From an uncultured Gemmatimonadaceae bacterium (GTDB lineage Bacteria; Gemmatimonadota; Gemmatimonadetes; Gemmatimonadales; Gemmatimonadaceae), in assembly GCA_963751275.1 (NCBI GenBank), contig CAVVTZ010000012.1, positions 1-64,000 of the forward strand: 64,000 bases of DNA, read 5' to 3'. Below are positions 11,202-21,710 of this stretch, piece after piece (position 1 is the stretch's first letter; each line of letters begins with the position of its first letter). A program made the translations under genes and the position numbers. Under the pieces are notes generated by a model that worked only from the letters and a program-made list of their open reading frames with translations, made no database searches and was not told the DNA's origin.

Positions 11202-11896
11202 GCGCCGCGACGCGTCCCATCGCCGTCGTCACGGGCGCCTCGCGCGGCATCGGCCGCGCGGTGGCGCTCCGGCTCGCCGAGCGCTGGGACATCGTGGCGA
11301 TGGCGCGCACGAAGAGCGCGTTGGACTCGCTCGCGAAGGAGATCGAAGCGAAAGGCGGAAAGTGCCGCGCCGTGGTGGCCGATCTCGCGGATGATGCCTC
11401 GGTGACGAAGGCGCTCGCCGGCGTGGAGGCCGAAGTGCTCGTGAACAACGCCGGCGTCGGCACGCTCAAGCCGTTGGTGGAGATGACCCGTGCCGAGTGG
11501 CGCGAGATGATCGATGTGAACCTGAACGCGCTCTACACCGTGACGCACGCGCTCTTGCCGGGCATGATCGCGCGCCGGCGCGGATTCGTCGTGGTGATCG
11601 GCTCGCTCGCGGGCCGCAATCCGTTCGCCGGCGGCACGGCCTACACCGCGACGAAGCACGGCGTGATCGGATTCGCCGAGAGTCTGATGCTCGAAGTGCG
11701 CGAGCACAATGTGCGCGTCGCGACGATCATGCCCGGCTCGGTGGACACGCGCATGATGACGAGCGCCGGCGACAACAGCTGGAAACTCACCGCCGCCCAG
11801 GTCGCCGACGCCGTCTGGTTCGCCGTGACCCAGCCCGACAACGCGCTCATCTCCCGCATCGAGATGCGCCCATCTATCGCGCCCAAGCGGAAGTAG
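11198..11896 (+). CDS. SDR-family oxidoreductase
   Basis: TGASRGIG, NNAG, YTATK. Confidence 0.92.
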   Translation: MSAATRPIAVVTGASRGIGRAVALRLAERWDIVAMARTKSALDSLAKEIEAKGGKCRAVVADLADDASVTKALAGVEAEVLVNNAGVGTLKPLVEMTRAEWREMIDVNLNALYTVTHALLPGMIARRRGFVVVIGSLAGRNPFAGGTAYTATKHGVIGFAESLMLEVREHNVRVATIMPGSVDTRMMTSAGDNSWKLTAAQVADAVWFAVTQPDNALISRIEMRPSIAPKRK

Positions 11897-11962
11897 TTCG
11901 TGGCCTGCCCGCTGGCGAAGCTCGCTGCGCGGAAGGTCGCGAGGCCGACCTCTGCGCGGCCG

Positions 11963-12223
11963 CCGGACGCGCTTACACGCTTCGAGCCTCGCGGCTGAAC
12001 GGCGCCGCGAGTCTCTCGCTACGCGCGACGGCGGCTGCTCGAGGCCGGCCTCGCTCCTTTGGCTCCGTGAACTACTCACGGCGGCTCGGCGCGCGAACTC
12101 AATTCCTCGCGCGCTCCTTCCGAGATCGAGACAGAGGCGAGTGGGACGCTCCAGAGGCGCCCTCAGCGAAAAGCGAGAGACTCGCGCGCGGTTGCGCGAG
12201 GCTCGAAGCGGTTTGAGCGTCGG
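11963..12223. repeat. Rod-like hairpin element, copy A (conserved complementary arms, variable core)
   Basis: CGCTTCGAGCCTCGCG/CGCGAGGCTCGAAGCG and CGCGAGTCTCTCGCT/AGCGAGAGACTCGCG pairs; near-identical arms at 13650-13879. Confidence 0.85.
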
Positions 12224-12311
12224 GCGCCGGCGGAGCGTCCCGCTCGCCTCGCCGGCGCGATGATCTATTTCTTACGAAGCTGGCGAGGATTCCGGGATCG
12301 CGCGCAGCAAA

Positions 12312-13052
12312 CTAGCGTCCGAGCGCCGACGGGATGATGTGCCACGCGATGTAGAACACCACGCGCAGCCAGACCGCGGCGCCGAAGCCCGCGCGGCGGA
12401 AGGTCCAGACCTGCGCGAGGTTCAGGGCGTAGTCCTGCGCGAACATCACGGTCATCATGCCCGCGTGGCCCGGCATGCCGAGGTCCTGCGTCACCGGCTC
12501 GATCGCGGCGCAGAGCGCGCCGATCACCCAGAACGTCTCCGTCGGCCAGCGCCCCTTGAGCGCGAGCGACGCGAGCCACATCAGCAGCGGGATCGGCACC
12601 AGGTAGTACACGATGTCCACGATCGCGGCGCCGCCGGGATAGATGATCGCCGAGGCGGGGAAGGCGATGTTGATGGTCTTCAGGCCGTGCGCCGCTGCTT
12701 CGAGCGCGCTCCAGCCGGTGGCGCGGTCCACCAGCAGCGCGACGATCCCGAGCGCGATGCCGATCGCCGAGGGGATCGCGAGCCGGTCGCGCAGCGGCAC
12801 GCGCGGATCCCACGTCTCGGGGAACCCCGTGCGCGCCGCGAACCAGACGCCCATCAGGCCGAGCACCGCGAGCGAACCGATGAACCACCACTGGAACACT
12901 TTCGCCTGCGAGGCCGACACGAACATCGCGGGCCAGACGTTGGACACGAGCACCTTGATCAGCGCGAGCGCGGCAATGATAACGAGGAACGCCGCCGCCG
13001 AGCGCGGCACGTTCGGGCGCGCGGACTGCAGCGAATGCGCCGTGCTCACCAT
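12312..13052 (-). CDS. Integral membrane protein (degenerate CPBP/Abi-like)
   Basis: Multiple TM helices; GGAAIVDIVYYL and FYIAWH resemble CPBP-like motifs but lack the EE pair. Confidence 0.6.
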   Translation of the reverse strand: MVSTAHSLQSARPNVPRSAAAFLVIIAALALIKVLVSNVWPAMFVSASQAKVFQWWFIGSLAVLGLMGVWFAARTGFPETWDPRVPLRDRLAIPSAIGIALGIVALLVDRATGWSALEAAAHGLKTINIAFPASAIIYPGGAAIVDIVYYLVPIPLLMWLASLALKGRWPTETFWVIGALCAAIEPVTQDLGMPGHAGMMTVMFAQDYALNLAQVWTFRRAGFGAAVWLRVVFYIAWHIIPSALGR

Positions 13053-13172
13053 GGCGGGATCGAGCGTTCGTTCGGAATGCACCACGCTTGAGACACCGGG
13101 ATCGAGGTATCCCATAATACGTCGCCGTGCGCGGACTGGTTTCGCGCACGCCGCGCGCGAGTAACTTCCAGC

Positions 13173-13612
13173 ATGCCTTCGCCCACTCCCATTCCCGGCG
13201 CCCGCCCCGTGCTCTGCGTCATGAGCGACCTCATGTTCCGCTCGCGGATCGACGACGTGACCACGCGGCTCGGCCTGCCGCTGCGCGCCGCGAAGAGCAT
13301 GGAGCAGCTCGAACGCCATCTTGCAAACGGAGCACCAGCGATCGCGATCGTGGACCTCGAGTGCGACTCACTCGAGCCCACCGCCGCGATCCAGCGCCTG
13401 CGCGCGATGCCCGGCGGCGCGTCGCTCGCGATCGTCGGCTACGCCGGCCACACGAACGCCAGCGCGATCGCCGCCGGCCGCGCCGCCGGCGCAGGTGTCG
13501 TCCTCGCGCGCTCCGCCTTCACCGCGCAGCTCGCGCCCTGCTCGAAAAGACGGCGGCCGCGGAGATCGCGCGCACGACATCTGCGAATCCGGGCTCGGCG
13601 CCGGGCGCGTAG
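13173..13612 (+). CDS. Single-domain atypical response-regulator receiver; indel near 13533
   Basis: SDLMFRSRI, IAIVDL (Asp), GYAGH, AGAGVVLARSAF. Confidence 0.7.
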
Positions 13613-13649
13613 CTCCTTGTCCAGCTCGCGGGCCGCTCCGCTCGACGCC

Positions 13650-13879
13650 CCGGACGCGCTTACACGCTTCGAGCCTCGCGGCTGAAGGGCGCCGCGAGTC
13701 TCTCGCTACGCGCGACGGGGCGCTCGCTGAGCGGCCCGCTCGCGACGCGGTTCCATGAGCGCGGGAGCCGTTGTCGTTCGCGATCCCAGGAGCGGGGCCG
13801 CCCCCGGCGAGGCCGCCTCAGCGAAAAGCGAGAGACTCGCGCGCTGTTTGCGCGAGGCTCGAAGCGGTTTGAGCGTCGG
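13650..13879. repeat. Rod-like hairpin element, copy B
   Basis: Same arms as 11963-12223, in the same orientation, with a different core. Confidence 0.85.
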
Positions 13880-13983
13880 CGGCTCGAGCCGGGGGCGGTC
13901 CCGCGACGTGCCGCGCGCGCTGAACTGCCGGGAACCACGTGCGCTCTGGCCCCACGCGCTCACTCGGCCGTACATTTCGGCTC

Positions 13984-15327
13984 GTGAGCCCAGAGAAAGC
14001 GAAGCCTATCCCCGACGCGTCCGTTCGCGAGTTGATGGTCGTGCGCGAGATCGCGCACGCGTTCCTCACCGCCGACCGGCCTGAAGAGGTCTTCCAGTTC
14101 GCGCTCGAACGCGTCAGTCCGCTCGTCGGCGCGACCTTCGCGTCCATCTACCTGATCGAGCCCGGCGACGAGCAGATGCGGCTCGCGGCCGCGTTCAACT
14201 GGCCCGAGCGATTCCGCCCCTTCCTCGGCGAGATGCGCGTGCGCGTCGGCCTCGGCCCCAGCGGCGAGGCCGTTTCCGAGCGGCATGCGGTCACCATCCC
14301 CGACGTCTTCGCCGACGAATCGCTCAAGGACTGGCAGGAGGTCGCGCACGAGCTCGGCTTCCAGGCGCTCGTCGCGCTCCCGCTCGAGTCGCGCGGCACG
14401 GTGCTCGGCGCGGTCACCTTCTATTTCGCGGAGACCGGCGGGCTCACCCCCGAGCGCAGCGGGCTGCTGCAGATCGTCGCCGACCAGATGGCGGCCACCA
14501 CCGAGAAGGCGGCGCTCATCGACCAGCTGCGCCGCACGAACGCGGCGCTGCGCGAGTCGAACGACGAGCTGGAGAAGCAGTACCTCGCCGCCCTCGAGGC
14601 GCGGCGCATGAAGGATGAGTTCCTCGCGAACATCAGCCACGAGCTGCGCACGCCGCTCACCGCGGTGCTCGGATACGCGGACCTCATGCAGGAGGGACTC
14701 TCCGGCCCACTCACCGGCGAGCAGAGCTCCACGGTCGAGCAGATGACCAGCGCGAGTCATCGTCTCCTCGAATTGATTGACGATCTCCTGGAGCTCACCA
14801 CGCTCAAGGGCGGCGAGGCGCGCCTCACGGTGGACACCTTCGACGCGCGCGACGCGATGAAGGACGCCCTCGCCGCGGCGCGCGAGCCGGCGAAGGGGAT
14901 CGTCGTCAAGCTCAAGATGTCCGACGCGGAGCCGGTCTGGATGCGCAGCGACCGCCGCAAGGTCGCGAAGATCCTCACCAGCCTGCTCAACAACGCCTTC
15001 AAGTTCACCACCGAGGGCGAGGTGCTGGCCGCCCTCGAAACCCGCAACAATTCCGTGCGCTTCTCCGTACGGGATACGGGGATCGGGATCGATCCGGCCG
15101 CGCACGAAGTGGTGTTCGAGGAATTCCGCCAGGCCGACGGATCCGCGACCCGCCGCTTCGGGGGCTCCGGGCTCGGGCTCGCCCTCTCGCGCCAGCTGGC
15201 GCGATTGCTCGGCGGCGACATCACGCTCGAGTCGGCGCCGAGTTCCGGATCGCAGTTCACGCTGTCGTTGCCCATGGAATATTCGCCCGCTCCGAGTGCA
15301 CGCGAACCGTCAACCAGTCGAGAGCAG
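13984..15327 (+). CDS. GAF-domain sensor histidine kinase (frame reads through into next ORF as given)
   Basis: GAF domain; FLANISHELRTPL; NNAFKFT, DTGIGI, GGSGLGL. Confidence 0.9.
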
Positions 15328-15609
15328 ATGATCCAGGAGATCCGGACGTCGATGTCGCCGGCGGAAGTGCTCGCCGCCGCCAAGGAGTTCTTCCCGACCC
15401 GCAGCGCGATCTACTCCGCGTTCCTCGAGAAGGAAGGACCGGGCTACGCGACCTTCCGCGGCTCGTGCGGCGAGGAGATCGTGATCGGCGCCGCGCTCGT
15501 GGATGGCGTCACCATCGCGCGCGGCTCGACCTATCTCTACGACCAGCAGATCGGACGCTTCCTCACGGCGCTGCGCCCGGTGCCCCTCGCCGAATCGGAC
15601 GTCGGATGA
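15328..15609 (+). CDS. Small hypothetical protein (~93 aa), in frame with the kinase
   Basis: GAGAG-ATG start; globular MIQEIRTSMSPAEVLAAAKEFF... follows a low-complexity linker; stop overlaps next ATG. Confidence 0.55.
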   Translation: MIQEIRTSMSPAEVLAAAKEFFPTRSAIYSAFLEKEGPGYATFRGSCGEEIVIGAALVDGVTIARGSTYLYDQQIGRFLTALRPVPLAESDVG

Positions 15610-15926
15610 CGATGCCCTTCGTCAGCACCCTGCGCGCGCGACCCGGCGCGATCGTGATCGGCGCGGGACTGGGCGCCGTGAGCCTGCGTGTCGAGATGCC
15701 GGAAACGTGGGATGTGGTGCGCCTCACGGCGCAGCCGTCGGACACGGTGCTCGCGGTGAAGATCGCCGCGCTGGCCGCGATGATGCCCGGCGCGGACCAC
15801 CGCCGCTGGATGATGAAGCTGCGCGGCGCGGAGATCACCGCCGAGAGTCAGACGCTGCTCGAGACCTCTGCGCGCAGCGGCTCGACCTTCCTGCTCACGC
15901 ACCGGCGGCGCCGGCCCGTTCGTTGA
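15606..15926 (+). CDS. Ubiquitin-like (beta-grasp, YukD/EsaB-like) protein ending RRRRPVR
   Basis: LRVE..WDVVRL.A.PSDTVLAVK..KLRGAEI..ESQTL...ARSGSTFLL parallels the ubiquitin PSDTIENVK / GKQLEDGRTL / KESTLHL pattern. Confidence 0.65.
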   Translation: MTMPFVSTLRARPGAIVIGAGLGAVSLRVEMPETWDVVRLTAQPSDTVLAVKIAALAAMMPGADHRRWMMKLRGAEITAESQTLLETSARSGSTFLLTHRRRRPVR

Positions 15927-16936
15927 GCGCCGCACCCGCACTCAAGCGCGAAGCGTTGGGCGAGGCCGCGGTGCGGCTGCGCCGCGAGGTGGCGCGCCGG
16001 ATCATCGGGCAGGATCAAGTCGTCGAGGAGATCCTGATGGCGATGCTCGCCGGCGGCCACGCGCTGCTCGTGGGCGTGCCGGGGCTCGCGAAGACGCTCT
16101 TGATCCGCTCGATCGCCGAGGCGATGCAACTCGACTTCCGCCGCATCCAGTTCACGCCGGACCTCGTGCCCAGCGACATCACCGGCACCGAGATCATCGA
16201 GGAGGACACCGCCAGCGGCGCAGCGCGAGTTCCGCTTCGTGCGCGGCCCGGTGTTCGCGAACATCGTGCTCGCCGACGAGATCAATCGCACGCCGCCGCG
16301 CACGCAGGCCGCGCTGCTCGAGGCGATGCAGGAACATCGCGTGACCGTCGCCGGCGACACGATGCGCGCTGCCCGAGCCCTTCTTCGTGCTCGCGACGCA
16401 GAATCCGATCGAGCAGGAAGGGACGTACCCGCTCCCCGAGGCGCAGCTCGACCGCTTCCTCTTCGACGTGCGCATCGGCTATCCGTCGCAGGACGACGAA
16501 GTGGCGATCCTGCGCGCGACCACCGGTGCGGTGAACGTGCGAGCTCGCGCCGGTGCTCGACGCCGAGCAGACGCTCGGCCTGCAGCGGCTCACGCGCGAG
16601 ATGGCGGCCGCCGAGCCGGCGCTCCGCTATGCCGCGGCGCTTGCGCGCGCGACGCGCCCCGACGGCATCGACACGCCCGACCTCGTGAAGCGCTACGTGC
16701 GCTGGGGCGCCGGTCCGCGCGCGGGGCAGGCGCTGATCCTGGGCGCCAAAGCGCACGCGCTGCTCGCCGGCCGCTTCGCGATCGCGCCCGAGGACATCCG
16801 CCGCGTCGCGCATCCGGTGCTCCGGCACCGTGTGCTCCCGAACTTCGCCGCGGAGGCGGAGGGGATCACGGCCGAGCGCATCATCGACGAGATCCTCGAG
16901 CGCGTCCAGCCGCCGCGGAGCGACATCAAGCTCTAG
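15923..16936 (+). CDS. MoxR-family AAA+ ATPase; three indels
   Basis: [65 protein letters not shown]. Confidence 0.95.
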
Positions 16937-16938
16937 CC

Positions 16939-17805
16939 GTGCCACTCGCGACGAGTTACGGCGCCATGCTCGACGCGCTGCGCGGCGTGAGCTGGCCCGC
17001 GCGCCGCGTCGTGCGCGGCGCGACCACGGGCTCGCACCGTTCGCGCCTGCGCGGGGCGTCGCCGGAATTCACGGAGTACCGGCCCTACCGCCAGGGCGAC
17101 GATCCCAAGCGCATCGACTGGAAGCTCCTCGCGCGCACCGACCGCGTGTACCTGCGCATCACCACCGATCGCTCGACGCTCGGCACGATCGTGCTGCTGG
17201 ATGCGTCGGCGTCCATGGCATATCGCAGCGGCCCGAACGCGAAGTGGGAGCAGGCGTGCCGGCTCGCGGTGGGGCTCGTCGCGGTGGCGCACGCATCGGG
17301 CGATCCGGTGGGATTGCTCGTGCCCACATCCGATGGACTGCGATTCCTCGCGCCGCGCACGCGGCGCGGCGTGGTGGCCGAAGCAGCACGATTGCTCGCG
17401 GGGATCGCGCCGGCTGGCACCGAGCCGCTCGCACCGGCGTTCGCGCACGTGCGGCCGGGTTTCCGCATCGCGCTCATCTCGGATTTCCTGGGCGATACCG
17501 ATGAATTGATCCGCGCGTCGCACGAGCGGATCGTGGGCGGCGGCGAGGTGGACGCGATCCATGTGGTGGCGCGCGAGGAACTCGACCCGCCGCCGGCCGC
17601 GGCGATGGCCACGGACCCCGAGCGGCCGGAGATCAAGCGTGCGCTCGTGGAGACGACGCGCGAAGGCTATGTGGCCGCGTTCGCGGCGTGGCGCGTGGAG
17701 TTGGCGCGCCGCTGGCATGACGCCGGCGCCGGCTACACCGAGGTGGCGACCGACGAGCAAGCGGAGAACGCGGTGCTGCGCGTGGTGCGCGCCGTGACGT
17801 CATGA
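16939..17805 (+). CDS. DUF58 (vWA-like) protein
   Basis: [32 protein letters not shown]. Confidence 0.92.
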   Translation: MPLATSYGAMLDALRGVSWPARRVVRGATTGSHRSRLRGASPEFTEYRPYRQGDDPKRIDWKLLARTDRVYLRITTDRSTLGTIVLLDASASMAYRSGPNAKWEQACRLAVGLVAVAHASGDPVGLLVPTSDGLRFLAPRTRRGVVAEAARLLAGIAPAGTEPLAPAFAHVRPGFRIALISDFLGDTDELIRASHERIVGGGEVDAIHVVAREELDPPPAAAMATDPERPEIKRALVETTREGYVAAFAAWRVELARRWHDAGAGYTEVATDEQAENAVLRVVRAVTS

Positions 17806-19052
17806 ACTTCGCGGCGCCTGCGTTCCTCGCGGCCGGCATCGCGGCCGCGATCGTCGTGACGGCGCTGCATTTCCTCGCGCGGCAGCGGCCGCGCAAGGCG
17901 GTGTTCCCCACCGCGCGATTCGTCCCTGAGCGGCAGGCGCGGGCGCCGAGCTCGGCGCTGAAGCCGACCGATCTCCTGCTGCTGTTGCTGCGCGTGGCGG
18001 CGCTGCTGCTGCTCGGCGCCGCCTTCGCGCGGCCGGCGTGGAGCGCGGCGCACGCCGGAACGGCGCGGGTGGTGGTGGTGGATCGGTCGCGCGCGGTCGG
18101 GAATGCGCCTCAGGCGCGCGATTCGGCGATGGCGCTGCTGCGCGACCGGGATGCGCTGGTGCTGTTCGATTCCGCGGCGCGCGTGCTGCCGAAGGATTCG
18201 CTGCGCGGGTTCGCGGCGAGCGCGGCGCGCGGGTCGATCTCGGCGGCGCTCGTCGCGGCGCATCAAGCGGCGGCCGCGCTCGCCGAGCGCGTGGATTCCG
18301 TGGAGCTGGTGATCGTCTCGCCGCTCGCGGCGGAAGAGTTCGATGCGGCGTCCCTGGGAATTCGGCGGACGTGGCTGGGCCGGGTGCGCATCGTGCGGGT
18401 CGGGCTCGCGGCGATGGACTCCGCGAAGCGCGGCGTCTCCGTGCGGGGGGAGCCGGCCGATGCTTTGGTGAGTTCGGGAACCGGGAGTCGGGAATCGGGC
18501 CGAGTGGCGCGAGTTGTGCGTGGGACGGCGACGCGCGCGGATACCGCGTGGGCGCGCGACTCCGGCGGAGTTCTCGTGCTCTGGCCAGCGCAGTTCGGTG
18601 CTGCGCGCGACACCATCGGCGCCGTCGTCATGGGCGACGACGTGGTCGTCTCGACATTCGCGCGCAGCGCGAATGCCGCCATCGAGTCCCGACTCCCGAT
18701 TCCCGAACCCGTCGCCCGCTGGAGCGACGGTACGGTCGCCGCGAGTGAGTCCCGCACGGGGTCCGGTTGTATTCGCTCGGTCAGCATCCCGGTGCCGGTC
18801 GTCGGCGACCTCGTCCTCCGCGAGAGCTTCCGCCGCCTCTTCGCCGGTCTCACCGGCCCGTGCGGCGGCGCGCGGAACCTGCGCATCGCCGCGGATTCGC
18901 TCATCACCGAGCTGGCCGGCATCGGTCCGCTCGCGAGCGCGCGCGGCTGGACGCGCGACCGCGGCGAGATGCCGCCCCTCGCGCGCTGGTTCCTCGTTGC
19001 CGCGGCGGCGCTGCTCGTCGCGGAGCCGCTGCTGCGCCGGAGGGCGGCGTGA
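17802..19052 (+). CDS. BatA-domain membrane protein
   Basis: [40 protein letters not shown], then VVDRSR. Confidence 0.85.
   Translation: MNFAAPAFLAAGIAAAIVVTALHFLARQRPRKAVFPTARFVPERQARAPSSALKPTDLLLLLLRVAALLLLGAAFARPAWSAAHAGTARVVVVDRSRAVGNAPQARDSAMALLRDRDALVLFDSAARVLPKDSLRGFAASAARGSISAALVAAHQAAAALAERVDSVELVIVSPLAAEEFDAASLGIRRTWLGRVRIVRVGLAAMDSAKRGVSVRGEPADALVSSGTGSRESGRVARVVRGTATRADTAWARDSGGVLVLWPAQFGAARDTIGAVVMGDDVVVSTFARSANAAIESRLPIPEPVARWSDGTVAASESRTGSGCIRSVSIPVPVVGDLVLRESFRRLFAGLTGPCGGARNLRIAADSLITELAGIGPLASARGWTRDRGEMPPLARWFLVAAAALLVAEPLLRRRAA
18472..18708. repeat. 21-nt inverted-repeat pair of GGGA(A/G)TC heptamers inside the BatA CDS
   Basis: GTTCGGGAACCGGGAGTCGGG (18472-18492) vs CCCGACTCCCGATTCCCGAAC (18688-18708), one mismatch. 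Confidence 0.7.
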
Positions 19053-21098
19053 ACGCGCGGCGGCGCGTCGCCGGCGCGCGCTGGGCGCTCACTGCCACCG
19101 CGCTCGTCAGCAGCGGATTGTGGGCGCTCGTGGTGTACGCGCTGGCGCGCTCCGCGATGCGCTTGATTTCGATCTGCAGCGACCAGGGTCCGCACCGCGA
19201 TGCGCTTCGCGTGTTCGCCATGGTCCTGTTCGTGGCGGCGCTGATCACCGCCCTCTGGCGATCGCGGCGCGCCTGGTCCCGCGATGCCGTGGCGCTGTGG
19301 CTCGAAGAGCGGGCACCAGCGCTAAAGTACGCCCTCGTGACGGTGGTCGAGCAGCCGAATGCGTTGAGCGCGGAGGAGCTCGAGCGCTCGGTGGAGAAGA
19401 TCCCGTTCGCGCCGCTGATCGCGAAGGAGATCTTCCGAAGTGTTGGCCTGCCGTTCCTCGTCCTAGTCGGGGCCATGGCGCTCTGGTTCAGTATTCCGCG
19501 CCCACGATGCGTCGAGGCAGGCGAGCATCCGGCCGGCGCTGGGAACGGCCGGCCCGGCGTGTCCGCGCCGAGCGGCCTCACGCCGCTCACCGCGACGGTC
19601 ACGCCTCCGGGCTATTCCGGGCTGCCCCTGCGCACGCTGGAGGAACCGAGCTCCATCCCCGGCCTCGTCGCGAGCCGCGTCTCCGTCGAAGGGAAAGGCG
19701 CGAGCGCGGGGATCATGGTGGAGCTGAATGGTGCCTCGATCCCGGTCGTGGGCGACGGTGCACGCTGGCACGCGAACTTCTCGATGCCCGCCAAGGCCAC
19801 CGCGCTCGCGCTCAACGACCGCGCCTTCCACCGCCTCGTGATCCTCGATCCGCGGCCGGACTCGGCGCCCGTCGTCACGCTCCTCTCGCCGGCGCACGAC
19901 ACGGTGTTCCGCACGCCCACCGGCTCGCTCGCGCTCGCCGCCGAGGTGCGCGATGACTTCGGGCTCGCCGACGCGTGGCTCGAATACATCATCAGCTCCG
20001 GCGAAGGGGAGAGCTTCACCTTCCGCAGCGGCGTGCTCGGCCGCGTGAATGCGAACAACGCGCGCACCGCGACGGTGCAGGGAACGCTGCATCTCGATGA
20101 GCTCAAGCTCCTCCCCGGCGACATCGTCCACATCCGCGCGGTCGCGCGCGATCTGAACAATGCGACCGGCCCCGACACCGGCGCCTCCGATACGCGCACG
20201 CTGCGCATCGCGCGCAAGGACGAATACGACTCCGTGGCCGTCGAGGGCGCGCCGCCGCCCGACGCGGACAAGTCGGTGCTCAGCGAGCGGATGCTCATCA
20301 TGATGGCCGAGGACCTCCAGCGCCGCCGCCCGAAGCTCGCGCGCGAGGCCGTGGTGAGCGAGTCGCAGAAGATCGGCCGCGATCAGACGCGCCTGCGCAA
20401 GGAAGTCTCGCGCATCATCTTCGCGCGGCTCGGTGCCGGCACGGAGAGCGAGGAATCGAACACCGACGACGACGCGCAGGGGAAGATGACCCCCGACCAG
20501 CTGCTCGCCGCCGCGGACTCGGCGACGAACCAGAGCGCGGCCGCGCTCGAGGGAGAAGGCGACGAGACGCCGGTGGTGGCGCTCAACCGTCCGCTGCTCG
20601 AGGCGTACAACGCGATGTGGGATGCGAGCACGCGGCTGAACACCGGCGAGCCGGGCGATGCCTTGCCGTACATGCGCGCCGCGCTCGCCGCGATCCAGCG
20701 CGCGCGCGCCGCCGAGCGGCTGTACCTGCGCGGCCGCGCGCCCGCGGCGGTCGTGGATCTCCAGAAGGTGCGGCTCGCGGGCAAGCGCGACAATGCGGTG
20801 GCCGCGGTGCGCAGCGCGCGCTCCGCGCTCGACACCACGGCGGCCCGCCGCGTGCGGCGCCTCAGCGCCGCGCTCGCGCTGCTCCCCGGCAACAGAGCGG
20901 CCGCGATCGACTCGCTGCAATTGTTGCGGCTGGACGCGATCGTGCAGGACCCGGCCTTCGCGGCGTCGCTCGGACCGGCCATCGACTCGCTGCGCTCGGG
21001 CGGGAACGCCACCCTCGTGCTCGCGCGCGCGCGCCGCGCTGCCGCCGGCGCGCCCGTCGGTGCAGAAGAGCGGCGCGAGCTGGGAGGGCGCACCGTGA
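19049..21098 (+). CDS. DUF4175-like membrane protein; indel near 3' end
   Basis: TM N-terminus; TVTPPGYSG, DSAPVVTL, DDFGL, AVARD; acidic helical C-terminus. Confidence 0.7.
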
Positions 21099-21710
21099 CC
21101 GATTTCACCTTCGTCACCGTGCGATACGAGTCGGGAGACTGGGACGCCGCGCCGCTCGTGCCCGAGAACATCATCGACACCATCGCCCGCTACACGTCGA
21201 TCAAGGTGGAGCCCGCGGGCGTCGTGGTGCCGCTCTCGTCGCCCGACCTCATGCGCTATCCCGTTCGCGTTCCTCACGGGCCACCTGCCGGTGCGATTCA
21301 GCGCGGCCGAGCGCGACCAGCTGCGCGCGTGGATCGCGCGCGGCGGTTTCCTGTTCGTGGACGATCACAACCACGACATCGACGGCGCGTTCCACAAGAC
21401 CGTGACCGAGGAGCTCGCGCGCACTGTGGGCCCGCTCGTGGAAGTGCCCAACGACAGCCCGCTCTACCGCGCCTTCTTCAAGTTCGAGGACGGTCCGCCC
21501 GCCACGAGCCACGAGCTGAACGGCTGGGGCGACAATCTGGTGCACAAGCATCTGCCGCGCCGTCATGCGCGACGGTCGCATCAGCGTGCTCTACAGCAAC
21601 AAGGACTACAGCTCGGAGTGGGGCTACCACGCCGACAACAAGCGCTTCCTCTCGGTGGACAACACGCGCTTCGCCGTGAACGTCATCGTGTATGCCCTCA
21701 CCAGCTGGAG
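21095..21710 (+). CDS. DUF4159 protein; two indels
   Basis: FTFVTVRYESGDWD, LTGHLP, GGFLFVDDHNHD, YSNKDYSSEW, AVNVIVYALT. Confidence 0.85.

Noticed and set aside
15606..15926. Ubiquitin conjugation system
   Set aside because: No C-terminal Gly-Gly and no E1, E2 or JAB genes in the window
18767..21679. 970-aa DUF4175-DUF4159 fusion in the ORF track
   Set aside because: A GTGA stop/start overlap at 21095-21098 indicates two genes joined by an indel
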